NCBI GenBank assembly: GCA_040398965.1
Contig: JBBASZ010000008.1
Span: 18,087-82,086, forward strand
Source of the DNA: Solirubrobacteraceae bacterium
GTDB taxonomy: Bacteria > Actinomycetota > Thermoleophilia > Solirubrobacterales > Solirubrobacteraceae
Direction: 5' to 3'
Length of the DNA stretch: 64,000 nucleotides
Positions 38,258-46,452 of the stretch are shown here, piece after piece (within the stretch, counting starts at the first letter, position 1; the number at the start of each line of letters is the position of its first letter). The notes under the pieces are model-generated. The model had not been told where the DNA came from. It made no database searches and saw only the letters and a list, made by a program, of their open reading frames with translations. The position numbers and the translations under genes were made by a program.

Positions 38258-39078
38258 TCCGCCTGGCGATTCGCGTTCCCGAGGAATCGGCAGAGCTGGT
38301 CCTCGCGGAGCTGGCCGACCTCTCGCCGGGGGGGATTGAGGAGTGCGAAGCGGGGGAAGGCTTCGTCGAATACGCCATCTACGGGGCCGAGGGCGAGATT
38401 CCGGCCCTCCCGGAGCTCGAGGCCGCCGTCGGGGAGGTTCCGGTCGAGGTCACCACCAGCGTCGTCGAGGACGGGTGGGAGAGCCGCTGGAAGGACTTCC
38501 ATCGCGCCGCAACGGTCGAGGCCGCCGGGAGGCGTTTCCGGGTCAGCCCGCCCTGGGACGCCGGAGGCGGCGAGGCAGAGGTGGTGATCGACCCCGGGCG
38601 CGCTTTCGGAACCGGCGCCCACCCGACCACCCGCCTCTGCCTCGGCCTGCTGCTGCAGGAGCCGGTGGCCGGCTCCTGCGTCGATCTCGGATGCGGCTCG
38701 GGGGTCCTGGCGATCGCCGCCGCCAGGCTTGGCTGGAGGCCGGTCCGGGCGGTCGACCACGACCCGGCGAGTGTCGAGGCGAGCGTTGTCAATGCACGGG
38801 TCAACGGTGTCTCCCTCGAGGTCGGCCGCTTCGACCTTCTCCGGGGTGGCCCTGCCCCGTCCGCCGATCTCGTGCTTGCCAACCTCCTTCGGCCGCTGCT
38901 CCTCGAGGTGGCCCGGGAAGGTTTCGCCGGGCCCGCCCCGCGAGTGGTTATCGCCAGCGGGCTCCTCGTGCGGGAGGCCGACGAGGTCTCGGCCGCGCTC
39001 GCCAAGGGGCTCGGGATGCAGGAGACGGCGCGCTCCGCCGAGGGGGACTGGGCCGCCCTGAGGCTGGCCGTCAGCTGA
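38254..39078 (+). CDS. prmA: ribosomal protein L11 methyltransferase
   Basis: ORF track, 274 aa. SAM-binding motif VDLGCGSGVLAIAA. Conserved position after dnaJ. TTG start overlaps the dnaJ stop. Confidence 0.85.
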   Translation: MIRLAIRVPEESAELVLAELADLSPGGIEECEAGEGFVEYAIYGAEGEIPALPELEAAVGEVPVEVTTSVVEDGWESRWKDFHRAATVEAAGRRFRVSPPWDAGGGEAEVVIDPGRAFGTGAHPTTRLCLGLLLQEPVAGSCVDLGCGSGVLAIAAARLGWRPVRAVDHDPASVEASVVNARVNGVSLEVGRFDLLRGGPAPSADLVLANLLRPLLLEVAREGFAGPAPRVVIASGLLVREADEVSAALAKGLGMQETARSAEGDWAALRLAVS

Positions 39079-39709
39079 GAATGTCGCGACTCGAGCGGCC
39101 GCGGGTTATCGCGGCCAACAGCCGGCCGGCTGCCTCTTCCGGCTCGTCGCTGCCATCCGGTGCCAGCTCGGTCTTTACCCACCCCGGGTCAAAGCCGAAG
39201 ACGGCTACTCCCTTGCCTCCCCCGACCTCCTGTCGAAGAGTCTGGGTGAACGACTCCAGCGCGGCCTTCGAGGCGGCGTAAGCGCCCATGCCACGGCGGC
39301 CCGGCGAGACCTGCGGGGCGAGGACGTTGGCTACTACCCCTTCGCCCCTTTCGACCATCCCCGGCACCAGGCGGCCGGCCAGGACCATTGGGCTAAGGAC
39401 GTTCACCTGGAAGCTCTCGTCGATCTCGTCGAGGCCCGCGTCGATCGCCGGCGCGTCGAGGCGCACCCCGGCGTTGTTGACGAGCACATCGACCCGGCCG
39501 AACCTCTCGAGCGCCTCGTCGGCAAGGCGCAGCGCGTCAGCGGGGTCGGACAGGTCAACCCTGACCGGTGCGGCGGCGCCGAGGCCCTCGAGGAGGTCGT
39601 GGCGCCGGGCCGCGGCAACGACCTCGGAGCCGGCCTCGACGAGCTTGCGGGCGAGCGCGGCTCCTATGCCGCTCGACGCCCCGGTGACGAGCACGACCTT
39701 TCCTTCCAT
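39071..39709 (-). CDS. SDR-family oxidoreductase
   Basis: Inside ORF 39071..39826 (-). ATG at 39707-39709 gives MEGKVVLVTGASSGIGAALA. Contains YAASK catalytic motif. The 3' end overlaps prmA by 8 nt. Confidence 0.85.
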   Translation of the reverse strand: MEGKVVLVTGASSGIGAALARKLVEAGSEVVAAARRHDLLEGLGAAAPVRVDLSDPADALRLADEALERFGRVDVLVNNAGVRLDAPAIDAGLDEIDESFQVNVLSPMVLAGRLVPGMVERGEGVVANVLAPQVSPGRRGMGAYAASKAALESFTQTLRQEVGGGKGVAVFGFDPGWVKTELAPDGSDEPEEAAGRLLAAITRGRSSRDILS

Positions 39710-39775
39710 CTCCACGCCATCAGTACGGGCCAGGCGCTGCGGGCGACCACCTCCCCGGATGCAGGATTTCGCCGC

Positions 39776-39804
39776 TTGGCGGGGCGCCCGCCCTGCCTTA
39801 CACT
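39776..39804 (+). promoter_or_regulatory. candidate leaderless promoter TTGGCG-N17-TACACT, 6 nt upstream of the cytochrome c ATG
   Basis: Read directly: cgcTTGGCGgggcgcccgccctgcctTACACTggcccgATG. The spacer was counted as 17 nt. Confidence 0.45.
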
Positions 39805-39810
39805 GGCCCG

Positions 39811-40191
39811 ATGCGCCTGTTCGCACTTTCCGCCCTCGCCGCAGCGTCCCTGGCTATCGGCGCCTGCGGGGGCTCCGATGACACTGCATCGGTTCCCAGC
39901 ACGCCGGCGCCGACCACTTCGGAGAAGTCGGAGGCCGGCGGGGGGACGGACTCGGCGGATGCCGAGGGCAAGCAGGTCTTCGTCGCTAACTGCTCTACCT
40001 GCCACACCCTGAGCGCCGCCGGGGCCAACGGCATGGTCGGGCCGAACCTCGACGAGCTCCAGCCCAGCGAGGCGTCGGTCAAGGCCAAGGTGACCAACGG
40101 CGGTGGCGGAATGCCGGCCTTCTCAGGGACGCTTGACCAGGGCCAGATCGACGCCGTCTCCGCTTACGTGGCCTCCGTGGCCGGCAAGTAG
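39811..40191 (+). CDS. lipoprotein class I c-type cytochrome
   Basis: ORF track, 126 aa. Signal peptide with lipobox AIGAC, low-complexity linker, one CSTCH haem-binding motif, distal Met in GGGMPAF. Confidence 0.85.
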   Translation: MRLFALSALAAASLAIGACGGSDDTASVPSTPAPTTSEKSEAGGGTDSADAEGKQVFVANCSTCHTLSAAGANGMVGPNLDELQPSEASVKAKVTNGGGGMPAFSGTLDQGQIDAVSAYVASVAGK

Positions 40192-40233
40192 TCGCACCGG
40201 CCCGATAGCCCGGTGGTGACGTCCCCGGGCTCC

Positions 40234-40239
40234 TATGAT
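40234..40239 (+). promoter_or_regulatory. candidate -10 hexamer TATGAT, 6 nt upstream of in-frame GTG 40246 (leaderless-type)
   Basis: Sequence is tccTATGATggcccgGTGccg. It lies inside the 5' end of the track ORF 40213..40677, which argues for the shorter protein. Confidence 0.35.
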
Positions 40240-40245
40240 GGCCCG

Positions 40246-40677
40246 GTGCCGGTAATCGAGCAGCTCAAGGCGGACATCTCCGCGGCCATGAAGGCCGGGG
40301 ACCGGGATCGGGTGACCACCCTCAGGCTCGTACTCTCCGAGCTTCAGAAGGCCGAGAAGGAGGGGGAGGTCGACGAGGTCGCGGTGCTGCGTCGCGAGCG
40401 CAAGCGCCGCCATGAGGCCGCCACCGCCTACCGCGAAGCCGGACGCGACGAGCTCGCCGGCGCCGAGGAGGCTGAGGCAGAGGTGATTGAGGGCTACCTC
40501 CCTGCCGAGCTCTCCGACGAGGAGCTGAAGGAGATTGTCGCCGAGGCGGTGTCCGAGACGGGCGCCGAGGGACCGGCCGACATGGGGGCGGTGATGAAGG
40601 CAGCGATGGCGCGGGTGGAAGGACGGGCCGATGGCGGTCGCGTCTCGGCGGTTGCCAGGGAGGTTCTGGCCGGCTGA
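40246..40677 (+). CDS. GatB/YqeY domain-containing protein
   Basis: ORF track 40213..40677. From GTG 40246 the product starts VPVIEQLKADISAAMKAGD, the usual YqeY N-terminus. Conserved linkage with phoH-ybeY-era. Confidence 0.8.
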   Translation: MPVIEQLKADISAAMKAGDRDRVTTLRLVLSELQKAEKEGEVDEVAVLRRERKRRHEAATAYREAGRDELAGAEEAEAEVIEGYLPAELSDEELKEIVAEAVSETGAEGPADMGAVMKAAMARVEGRADGGRVSAVAREVLAG

Positions 40678-41669
40678 TGCGGGAGCGGATCGAGCTCTCC
40701 AACGAGGCGGCCAGCGCCCTCAGCGGCTCGGCCGACTCAGTGCTGCGCGACCTCGAGAGCCAGGTGGACTGCAGCGTCTTCCTGCGTGGCAACGTAGTCA
40801 CCCTTGACGGAGAGCCGGCTGCGGTCAGCAGCGCGGCCACCCTCGTCAGGGAGATGGCCGGGCTTGCCGACAGCGGCCACGAGATCGCCCCCGCGACCGT
40901 CACCTCGGTCCGTGGCGCGCTCGACGAGGAGATCGAACCCGCCAAGGTGCTCGAGGATGTCCTCTGGAGCCACCGCGGCCGGTCGGTTGCCCCAAGGACC
41001 CCCAACCAGAAGCGCTACGTCGACTCGATCCGCCGGAACACCGTCACCTTCGGCATCGGGCCGGCGGGAACCGGGAAGACCTTCCTGGCGGTGGCGATGG
41101 CCGCCGCGGCGCTGTCGCGAGGCGAGGTGAACCGGATAATCCTCACCCGGCCGGCCGTCGAGGCGGGGGAGAGGCTGGGTTTCCTGCCGGGAGACCTGAT
41201 GGCCAAGATCGACCCGTACCTGCGACCGCTCTTCGATGCGCTCAATGACATGCTCGACCCGGCCAAAGTCGCCGGCTACCTGGAGAGCGGCGTAATCGAG
41301 GTGGCGCCCCTGGCCTTCATGCGCGGCCGCACCCTCAACGACTCTTTCGTGATCCTCGACGAGGCCCAGAACACCAGCCCGGAGCAGATGAAGATGTTCC
41401 TGACCAGGCTCGGTTACGGCTCGAAGATGGTGGTTACGGGGGACATCACCCAGATCGACCTGCCCAGGGACCAGCGTTCCGGGCTCGTGGTCGTCGGCGA
41501 GATCCTCGAAGGCGTCGAGGATGTTTCGTTCGTCCGCTTCGGCGGCGACGACGTCGTCCGGCACCGGCTGGTGCAGCGGATCGTGGAGGCCTACGGGGAC
41601 TGGACGGGCAAGGGGAAGGCCCGCCTCCGCGCCGCCGCGGCGCCCGGGCGGCGGGAGAACGGTGATTGA
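40677..41669 (+). CDS. phoH: PhoH-family ATPase (YbeZ-like)
   Basis: ORF track, 330 aa. Walker A GPAGTGKTFLAV and ILDEAQN. The start shares one nt with the preceding stop. Confidence 0.9.
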   Translation: MRERIELSNEAASALSGSADSVLRDLESQVDCSVFLRGNVVTLDGEPAAVSSAATLVREMAGLADSGHEIAPATVTSVRGALDEEIEPAKVLEDVLWSHRGRSVAPRTPNQKRYVDSIRRNTVTFGIGPAGTGKTFLAVAMAAAALSRGEVNRIILTRPAVEAGERLGFLPGDLMAKIDPYLRPLFDALNDMLDPAKVAGYLESGVIEVAPLAFMRGRTLNDSFVILDEAQNTSPEQMKMFLTRLGYGSKMVVTGDITQIDLPRDQRSGLVVVGEILEGVEDVSFVRFGGDDVVRHRLVQRIVEAYGDWTGKGKARLRAAAAPGRRENGD

Positions 41670-42048
41670 CGTCGACCTGATCGCCGGGGCCCAGGCGCCT
41701 GGCGCCCCGCCCCGGCCAGAGGTTGAACGGCTGCTCGCCCTCTCCTTCGCTTCCGCGGGGATCGAGGACGGCCACGTGGCCGTCGAGTTCGTCGACGAGG
41801 AGCGGATAACCGCGCTCAACCGGGAGCATCTGGGCGGGGACGGGCCCACCGACGTCATCTCCTTCCCGGTGGACGGTTCGGGCCCCCATGCCGGCCCCCG
41901 CGAGCTTGGCGACATCGTGATCTGCCCCCCGCAGGCCGAGGACCTCCGTGAGGCGATCGTGCATGGGGCCCTCCACCTTGCCGGCATGGACCACGAGACC
42001 GACCGCGGCGAGATGCTGGCACTGCAGGCCGAGATCTGCTCCTGGTGA
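41662..42048 (+). CDS. ybeY: rRNA maturation endoribonuclease YbeY
   Basis: ORF track 41521..42048. GTG 41662 overlaps the phoH end. Metal site HGALHLAGMDHE (HxxxHxxxxxH). Confidence 0.9.
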   Translation: MIDVDLIAGAQAPGAPPRPEVERLLALSFASAGIEDGHVAVEFVDEERITALNREHLGGDGPTDVISFPVDGSGPHAGPRELGDIVICPPQAEDLREAIVHGALHLAGMDHETDRGEMLALQAEICSW

Positions 42049-42923
42049 CCCGGTCGGGCTTCGTCGCCCTCGCCGGGCGGCCGAACGTTGGCAAGTCGAC
42101 GCTGGTCAACGAGGTGGTGGGGGAGAAGGTCGCGATCACATCCGACCGGGCCCAGACGACCCGGCGCGCCATCAGGGGAGTCGCCCAGGAGGGAGAGTCC
42201 CAGCTGGTGCTGGTCGACCTGCCGGGCTTCCAGCGGCCACGGGACCGCCTCACAGAGCGCATGCAGGCCCGGGTTGAGCACGAGCTCGCTGACAGCGACG
42301 CGGCGCTGATGATCGTCAACGGTGAGGAAGGGGTCGGGCCCGGCGACCGCTACATCGCCTCGCTGCTCGGCACCGCCGGCCTGCCGGTCGTGCTCGCCGT
42401 AAACAAGTGTGACCGGCTCGACCGCGGGCGCACCCTGACCGTGCTGGCCGAAGCTGCGGAGCTCGGGTGCGCCGACGAGATCTTTCCGGTCTCGGCCCGT
42501 ACCGGCGAGGGCGTTCCGGAGCTGGTTGCCCACCTGGCCACGCTGATGCCGGAAGGCCCCTTCCTCTTTCCGCCCGACGCCATCTCCGACCAGCCGACGG
42601 CGACCCTGGTGGCCGAGCTGGTCCGGGAGCAGGCGATTCGCAGGACCTTCGAGGAGGTTCCGCACTCGGTCGAAGTCGTGGTTGAGGAGATGGAGCCCTC
42701 GGGAGGCGTGCTGCGGGTGCGGGCGCTGCTCTGGGTCGAAACCGAATCGCAGAAGGGGATCCTGGTGGGTCGCGGCGGGAGGATGGTCAAGGCGATCGGG
42801 AGCTCCGCCCGCCGCGAGATCGAGAAGCTCCTCGGTGAAAAGGTCCACCTCGACCTCTCGGTGCGCGTCCGCGGCGGCTGGCGCGGCGACGACGGTCTTC
42901 TCGACCGCCTGGGCATCGACTGA
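42045..42923 (+). CDS. era: GTPase Era
   Basis: ORF track, 292 aa. G1 GRPNVGKSTL, DLPG, NKCD, C-terminal KH domain. Confidence 0.95.
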   Translation: MTRSGFVALAGRPNVGKSTLVNEVVGEKVAITSDRAQTTRRAIRGVAQEGESQLVLVDLPGFQRPRDRLTERMQARVEHELADSDAALMIVNGEEGVGPGDRYIASLLGTAGLPVVLAVNKCDRLDRGRTLTVLAEAAELGCADEIFPVSARTGEGVPELVAHLATLMPEGPFLFPPDAISDQPTATLVAELVREQAIRRTFEEVPHSVEVVVEEMEPSGGVLRVRALLWVETESQKGILVGRGGRMVKAIGSSARREIEKLLGEKVHLDLSVRVRGGWRGDDGLLDRLGID

Positions 42924-42924
42924 A

Positions 42925-43869
42925 TCAGGCCTGCGGCAGGGCCGCCGACAGGAGGTCGGCCAGGTGCTCCACTCCATCCGGCGTCGTACCCGCTGGGCCG
43001 AGGCTGGGCAGGCACGCCACCGGGGCGTTGGAGAGCGAGCGGAGCCTTTCGAGCTGTGATTCCTGGCGCTGGACCAGCTCGAGCCTGCGATCGGCGGCGA
43101 CCATCGCCGGAGAAGAGCCGATCGACCGCCTGGCCGCCTCGGCTTCGGACCGGCTCAGCCCACCTTCGAGCATCGAGTTCATCACCATCAGGGAAGGCCC
43201 CCGCCCGAGCTTCTCCTCGAGCAGGCCGGCGAGCTCGCCGGCCTCGTTCACCGGCGTCTCCTCGGGGATGGCCACGGTGATGATCAGGCACCGTTCCGGG
43301 TCCCGGAGGATCTCGTCGGCCTCCCTGGCCTGCGTGGCAATCGGCCCGACACGGGCGATCTCTGCATAGGTACGCGGGCTCTCGAGGAGGCCGAGCCCGT
43401 GGCCGGAGGCCGGCGCGTCGAGCACGGCGACGTCGTGGGGCGCCGACCCCGGTACCCAGCGGTCCGGTGACGAGAGCTCGGTGGCCTTGGTTATGGAAAT
43501 CAGTTCGCTGGCGCCGGGCGCGGCGGCAACGAACCCCGAAAACGCGCGAGAGCGGATGGCGAGCTCGAGTACCGCCCGGGGCCTGACGATCTGTCCGGCC
43601 CATTCGGCCAGCGCTCCCTCCGGGTCGATCGTGGTCGTCCACATTCCGGGAACGATCTCCTTCTCGGAGCCGGGCCTGCCGGTGGACGAGCCACCCAGCA
43701 GCGCCGGTACCCGTGACTGGCCGGCCAGTTCGGCGGCGATCGTGTCGCGGCCGGTGCGGGCCAGCGCAAGGCTCGTGGCTGCCGCCACCGTCGTCTTCCC
43801 CACGCCGCCCTTGCCGGTAACGACCACGAGCCTGCAGCGATCGGTTCGCGCTTGTTGCGAAGCCATCAT
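42925..43869 (-). CDS. ArsA/Get3-like P-loop ATPase
   Basis: 3' half of ORF 42925..44715 (-). ATG at 43867-43869 gives MMASQQARTDRCRLVVVTGKGGVGKTT (deviant Walker A). The part of the ORF upstream of that is antisense to the synthase gene and is not credited. Confidence 0.75.
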   Translation of the reverse strand: MMASQQARTDRCRLVVVTGKGGVGKTTVAAATSLALARTGRDTIAAELAGQSRVPALLGGSSTGRPGSEKEIVPGMWTTTIDPEGALAEWAGQIVRPRAVLELAIRSRAFSGFVAAAPGASELISITKATELSSPDRWVPGSAPHDVAVLDAPASGHGLGLLESPRTYAEIARVGPIATQAREADEILRDPERCLIITVAIPEETPVNEAGELAGLLEEKLGRGPSLMVMNSMLEGGLSRSEAEAARRSIGSSPAMVAADRRLELVQRQESQLERLRSLSNAPVACLPSLGPAGTTPDGVEHLADLLSAALPQA

Positions 43870-43875
43870 GGGGTT

Positions 43876-43881
43876 TACGGT
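43876..43881 (+). promoter_or_regulatory. candidate -10 hexamer TACGGT, 6 nt upstream of the synthase GTG 43888 (leaderless-type)
   Basis: Sequence is ggtTTACGGTacgggtGTGgtt. A -35-like TTGTTG lies 18 nt upstream at 43852-43857. It occupies the same base pairs as the minus-strand hexamer. Confidence 0.35.
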
Positions 43882-43882
43882 A
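43877..43882 (-). promoter_or_regulatory. candidate -10 hexamer TACCGT, 7 nt upstream of the ArsA-like ATG (leaderless-type)
   Basis: Minus-strand reading is ccgTACCCGTaaacccc is not used; the direct reading is ccgTACCGTaaaccccATGATG. A -35-like TCGACG lies 16 nt further upstream at 43899-43904. Confidence 0.35.
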
Positions 43883-43887
43883 CGGGT

Positions 43888-44724
43888 GTGGTTCCAGCCG
43901 TCGACAGCAGGGTCTCCGATGCGTATCGCGCCTGCCGCAGGATGCAGCTTCGGCGCGATCCCACCTACTTCGCAGCGACCTGGTCCCTGCCGGCGGAGCG
44001 CCGGCCCGCCCTCTATGCCCTGTACGGGTTCGTCCGGGGGGCCGACGACATCGCCGATGACCCGCGGCTCAACGGCGAGCGCCGGGCCGCCCTCGACCGC
44101 TGGCAGGCGATCCTCGAGGACGGTGTCGACCGCGGCTGGTCCGACCACCCGGTGATCGGCGCGCTGGTCGATGCCGGCCCCCGTTACGGAATGCGCCTCG
44201 AGCTGCTGCCCCGCTACATGGAGTCGATGCGCTCCGACTGTCGCGAGCCGGTCCGCATGGGCAGCCAGGAGGAGCTCGACCACTACATGGAGGGGACGGC
44301 GACCGTGGGGCCTGTGGCCGCCCCGCTGCTGGACGCCCCCGAGGAGGCCGGCGAGCGGCTCGCCCGTCTCGGGGTTGCCCTGCAGCTGACCAACTTCATC
44401 CGCGACGTAGGGACCGACTGGCGGAACGGTCGCGTCTACCTGCCGGGTCTGGTCGAAGAGGACCTCGCGCGGGGGGCCGCCACCCACAGGCTCCGCGAGC
44501 ACGTGGCCCAGCAGGTGACGACGGCCCGTGCCCTCTTCTCGGAGACGGCAAGCCTCGAGGAGATGCTTCCCGCCGCGATGCGGCCGGGGGTGCGCGTGGC
44601 GCAGGCTGTGTACGGACGTGTCCTGGACCGCGTAGAGCGCAGCGGATACGACGTGGTCGGCAGGAGCACCCGGCCGCGCCCGTGGGACGCCGTCCACGCG
44701 ATCGCGCGCGCACACGTCCGGTGA
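43888..44724 (+). CDS. phytoene/squalene synthase family protein (head-to-head isoprenoid synthase)
   Basis: ORF track 43852..44724, whose TTG start would overlap the divergent gene. Two Asp-rich motifs, YALYGFVRGADDIADD and LTNFIRDVGTDWRNGRVYLP. Start GTG 43888 is preferred. Confidence 0.85.
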   Translation: MVPAVDSRVSDAYRACRRMQLRRDPTYFAATWSLPAERRPALYALYGFVRGADDIADDPRLNGERRAALDRWQAILEDGVDRGWSDHPVIGALVDAGPRYGMRLELLPRYMESMRSDCREPVRMGSQEELDHYMEGTATVGPVAAPLLDAPEEAGERLARLGVALQLTNFIRDVGTDWRNGRVYLPGLVEEDLARGAATHRLREHVAQQVTTARALFSETASLEEMLPAAMRPGVRVAQAVYGRVLDRVERSGYDVVGRSTRPRPWDAVHAIARAHVR

Positions 44725-45845
44725 CGCGGCGGGCCACCAAGCGCGGCGCCGAGCGGACCTCGCTCGACGGCCTGTGCGCCGACGTGATCGTCTGCGGGGC
44801 GAGCTTCGCCGGGCTGACCGTCGCCCGCGAGCTGGCGGGCTCCGGGGCGGAGGTGCTCCTGGTCGACCGCTACGAGATCGGCGAGCGCCAGACCTCGGCC
44901 TGCGCCTGCCCGACCCCCTGGCTCGAGGCGATGGGCCTCCAGGGGTCGATCCGCCAGGAGCTTCCGTTCATGACCTTCACCACCCCGCTGGGCTCCTCGA
45001 AGTACCGGCTGCCATGGAGCTGGTCGGCCTTCGACTACCGGGAGCTCTGCTCCATCCTCTGGGACGGTTGCGAGGGGGTCGCTTTCGAGACGGCAAAGGT
45101 CGATGGTCGCGGAGAGCGGCTCCCCGACGGTTCGGTCGAGGTGCACACCGACCGAGGGACGCTTCGGGCGCCGATCGTCGTTGACGCCCTCGGATGGAGA
45201 CGCGTCCTGGCCAGCCCTCACTACCAGCCCCCTGAGGCCCCGCTGTCACGCGGCCTCGAGGTTCATCCCGAACACGACGGCAGCGGCGACAGCCTCGATA
45301 TCTGGGTTGAGCGCGACATCGTCCGCCGCGGGTACGGGTGGCAGGTCCCGGCGGGGAAGGAGAGACGTGTGGGAGTCGGTTCCTACGACCCCCGGCGTCA
45401 CGTCAGGGAGCCGACGGTGGCACTGGCCGAGCGGCTGGACGGGGACCCCGTCGGCTACCAGGGCAACTGGTTCCCACACCGCCTGCGCCGGGCCGCCGAG
45501 GACGGCGTCTTCTTCGTCGGCGACAGCGCCGGCCACTGCTTCCCGCTCTCCGGGGAAGGCATCAGGACGGCCTTCTACTTCGGGCTCGCCTGCGGGCGGT
45601 CGATCAGGTCCGTGGTCGACGGAGAGGCCGGCCTCGAGGAGGCGCTGGCGCGTTACGGCGCATTCTCCGCCGGCCACGCCCGCGCCTTCGGTATCGCCCT
45701 GCGTCTGCAGCGGCTGATTCCGGCGCTTCCTCCGCCGGTCCTGACCGCGGTGCTGAAGGTCATCGGCCGCCAGTCGCTGATCGACCGCTCGTTTGGCTGG
45801 TACCTGCGGCAGGCTCCACCGGAGTTTGCGCAGGCCGCTGCTTGA
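44721..45845 (+). CDS. FAD-dependent oxidoreductase, geranylgeranyl-reductase-like
   Basis: ORF track 44682..45845. GTG 44721 overlaps the synthase stop (GTGA). Dinucleotide-binding fold DVIVCGASFAGLTVARELAGSGAEVLLVDR and FFVGDSAGHCFPLSGEGI (GD motif). Confidence 0.7.
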   Translation: MTRRATKRGAERTSLDGLCADVIVCGASFAGLTVARELAGSGAEVLLVDRYEIGERQTSACACPTPWLEAMGLQGSIRQELPFMTFTTPLGSSKYRLPWSWSAFDYRELCSILWDGCEGVAFETAKVDGRGERLPDGSVEVHTDRGTLRAPIVVDALGWRRVLASPHYQPPEAPLSRGLEVHPEHDGSGDSLDIWVERDIVRRGYGWQVPAGKERRVGVGSYDPRRHVREPTVALAERLDGDPVGYQGNWFPHRLRRAAEDGVFFVGDSAGHCFPLSGEGIRTAFYFGLACGRSIRSVVDGEAGLEEALARYGAFSAGHARAFGIALRLQRLIPALPPPVLTAVLKVIGRQSLIDRSFGWYLRQAPPEFAQAAA

Positions 45846-45855
45846 ATTGCCGGTA

Positions 45856-46452
45856 ATGGAGATCAGCTACGACGAAAACGGGCTCGTCCCTGTAGTGGCG
45901 CAGGACGCCCGGACCGGCGAGGTGCTGATGCTGGCCTGGGCCAATTCCGAGGCGATGGAGCTGACCGCCTCCACCGGAGAGCTGCACCTCTGGAGCCGTT
46001 CGCGCCAGGAAATCTGGAGGAAGGGGTCGACCTCGGGCTCGCTCATGAGGGTCGAGACGCTGCGGACCGACTGCGATGGCGACGCCGTGGTGGCCCTCGT
46101 CGAACCCGCCGGGCCGGCCTGCCACACCGGGGCCCGAAGCTGCTTCGCGCAGGACGATTCGCAGGAGAAGGTGCCCTTCGAGGCGCTTCCCACACTCGAG
46201 CGCACGATCGACGAGCGGGCCGCCGGACGGCCGGATGGCTCCTACACGGTCGAGCTGCTCGAGTCGCCGGCGCTTGCCGGCGAGAAGGTCACCGAGGAGG
46301 CGGGCGAGGTGGTCCTCGCGGTGGCTCAGGAGAGCGATGAGCGCGTCGACGAGGAGGCCGCCGACCTGCTCTACCACCTGAGCGTTCTCGTTTCGTCCCG
46401 CGGGCGCAGCCTCGCCGACGCCGCGCGCGTGCTCCTCGAACGGGCGAAATGA
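45856..46452 (+). CDS. hisIE: bifunctional phosphoribosyl-AMP cyclohydrolase / phosphoribosyl-ATP pyrophosphatase
   Basis: ORF track 45793..46452. ATG 45856 gives MEISYDENGLVPVVAQD. Cyclohydrolase motif CDGDAVVALVEPAGPACHTG and C-terminal PRA-PH helices (ADLLYHLSVL). Confidence 0.9.
   Translation: MEISYDENGLVPVVAQDARTGEVLMLAWANSEAMELTASTGELHLWSRSRQEIWRKGSTSGSLMRVETLRTDCDGDAVVALVEPAGPACHTGARSCFAQDDSQEKVPFEALPTLERTIDERAAGRPDGSYTVELLESPALAGEKVTEEAGEVVLAVAQESDERVDEEAADLLYHLSVLVSSRGRSLADAARVLLERAK

Noticed and set aside
40737-42977. A 746-aa ORF on the minus strand spanning phoH, ybeY and era.
   Set aside because: It is exactly antisense to three well-supported, motif-bearing genes. Its translation is Arg/Gly/Pro/Ala-rich low-complexity sequence with no motif. 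Stop codons are rare in antisense frames of GC3-rich genes, so this is a shadow ORF.
43870-44715. The upstream 280 or so codons of the 596-aa minus-strand ORF 42925..44715, which would make a giant ArsA-like fusion protein.
   Set aside because: That part is antisense to the phytoene/squalene synthase, which has both Asp-rich motifs. The ATPase P-loop sits right after the internal ATG-ATG at 43864-43869, the normal position for this family.
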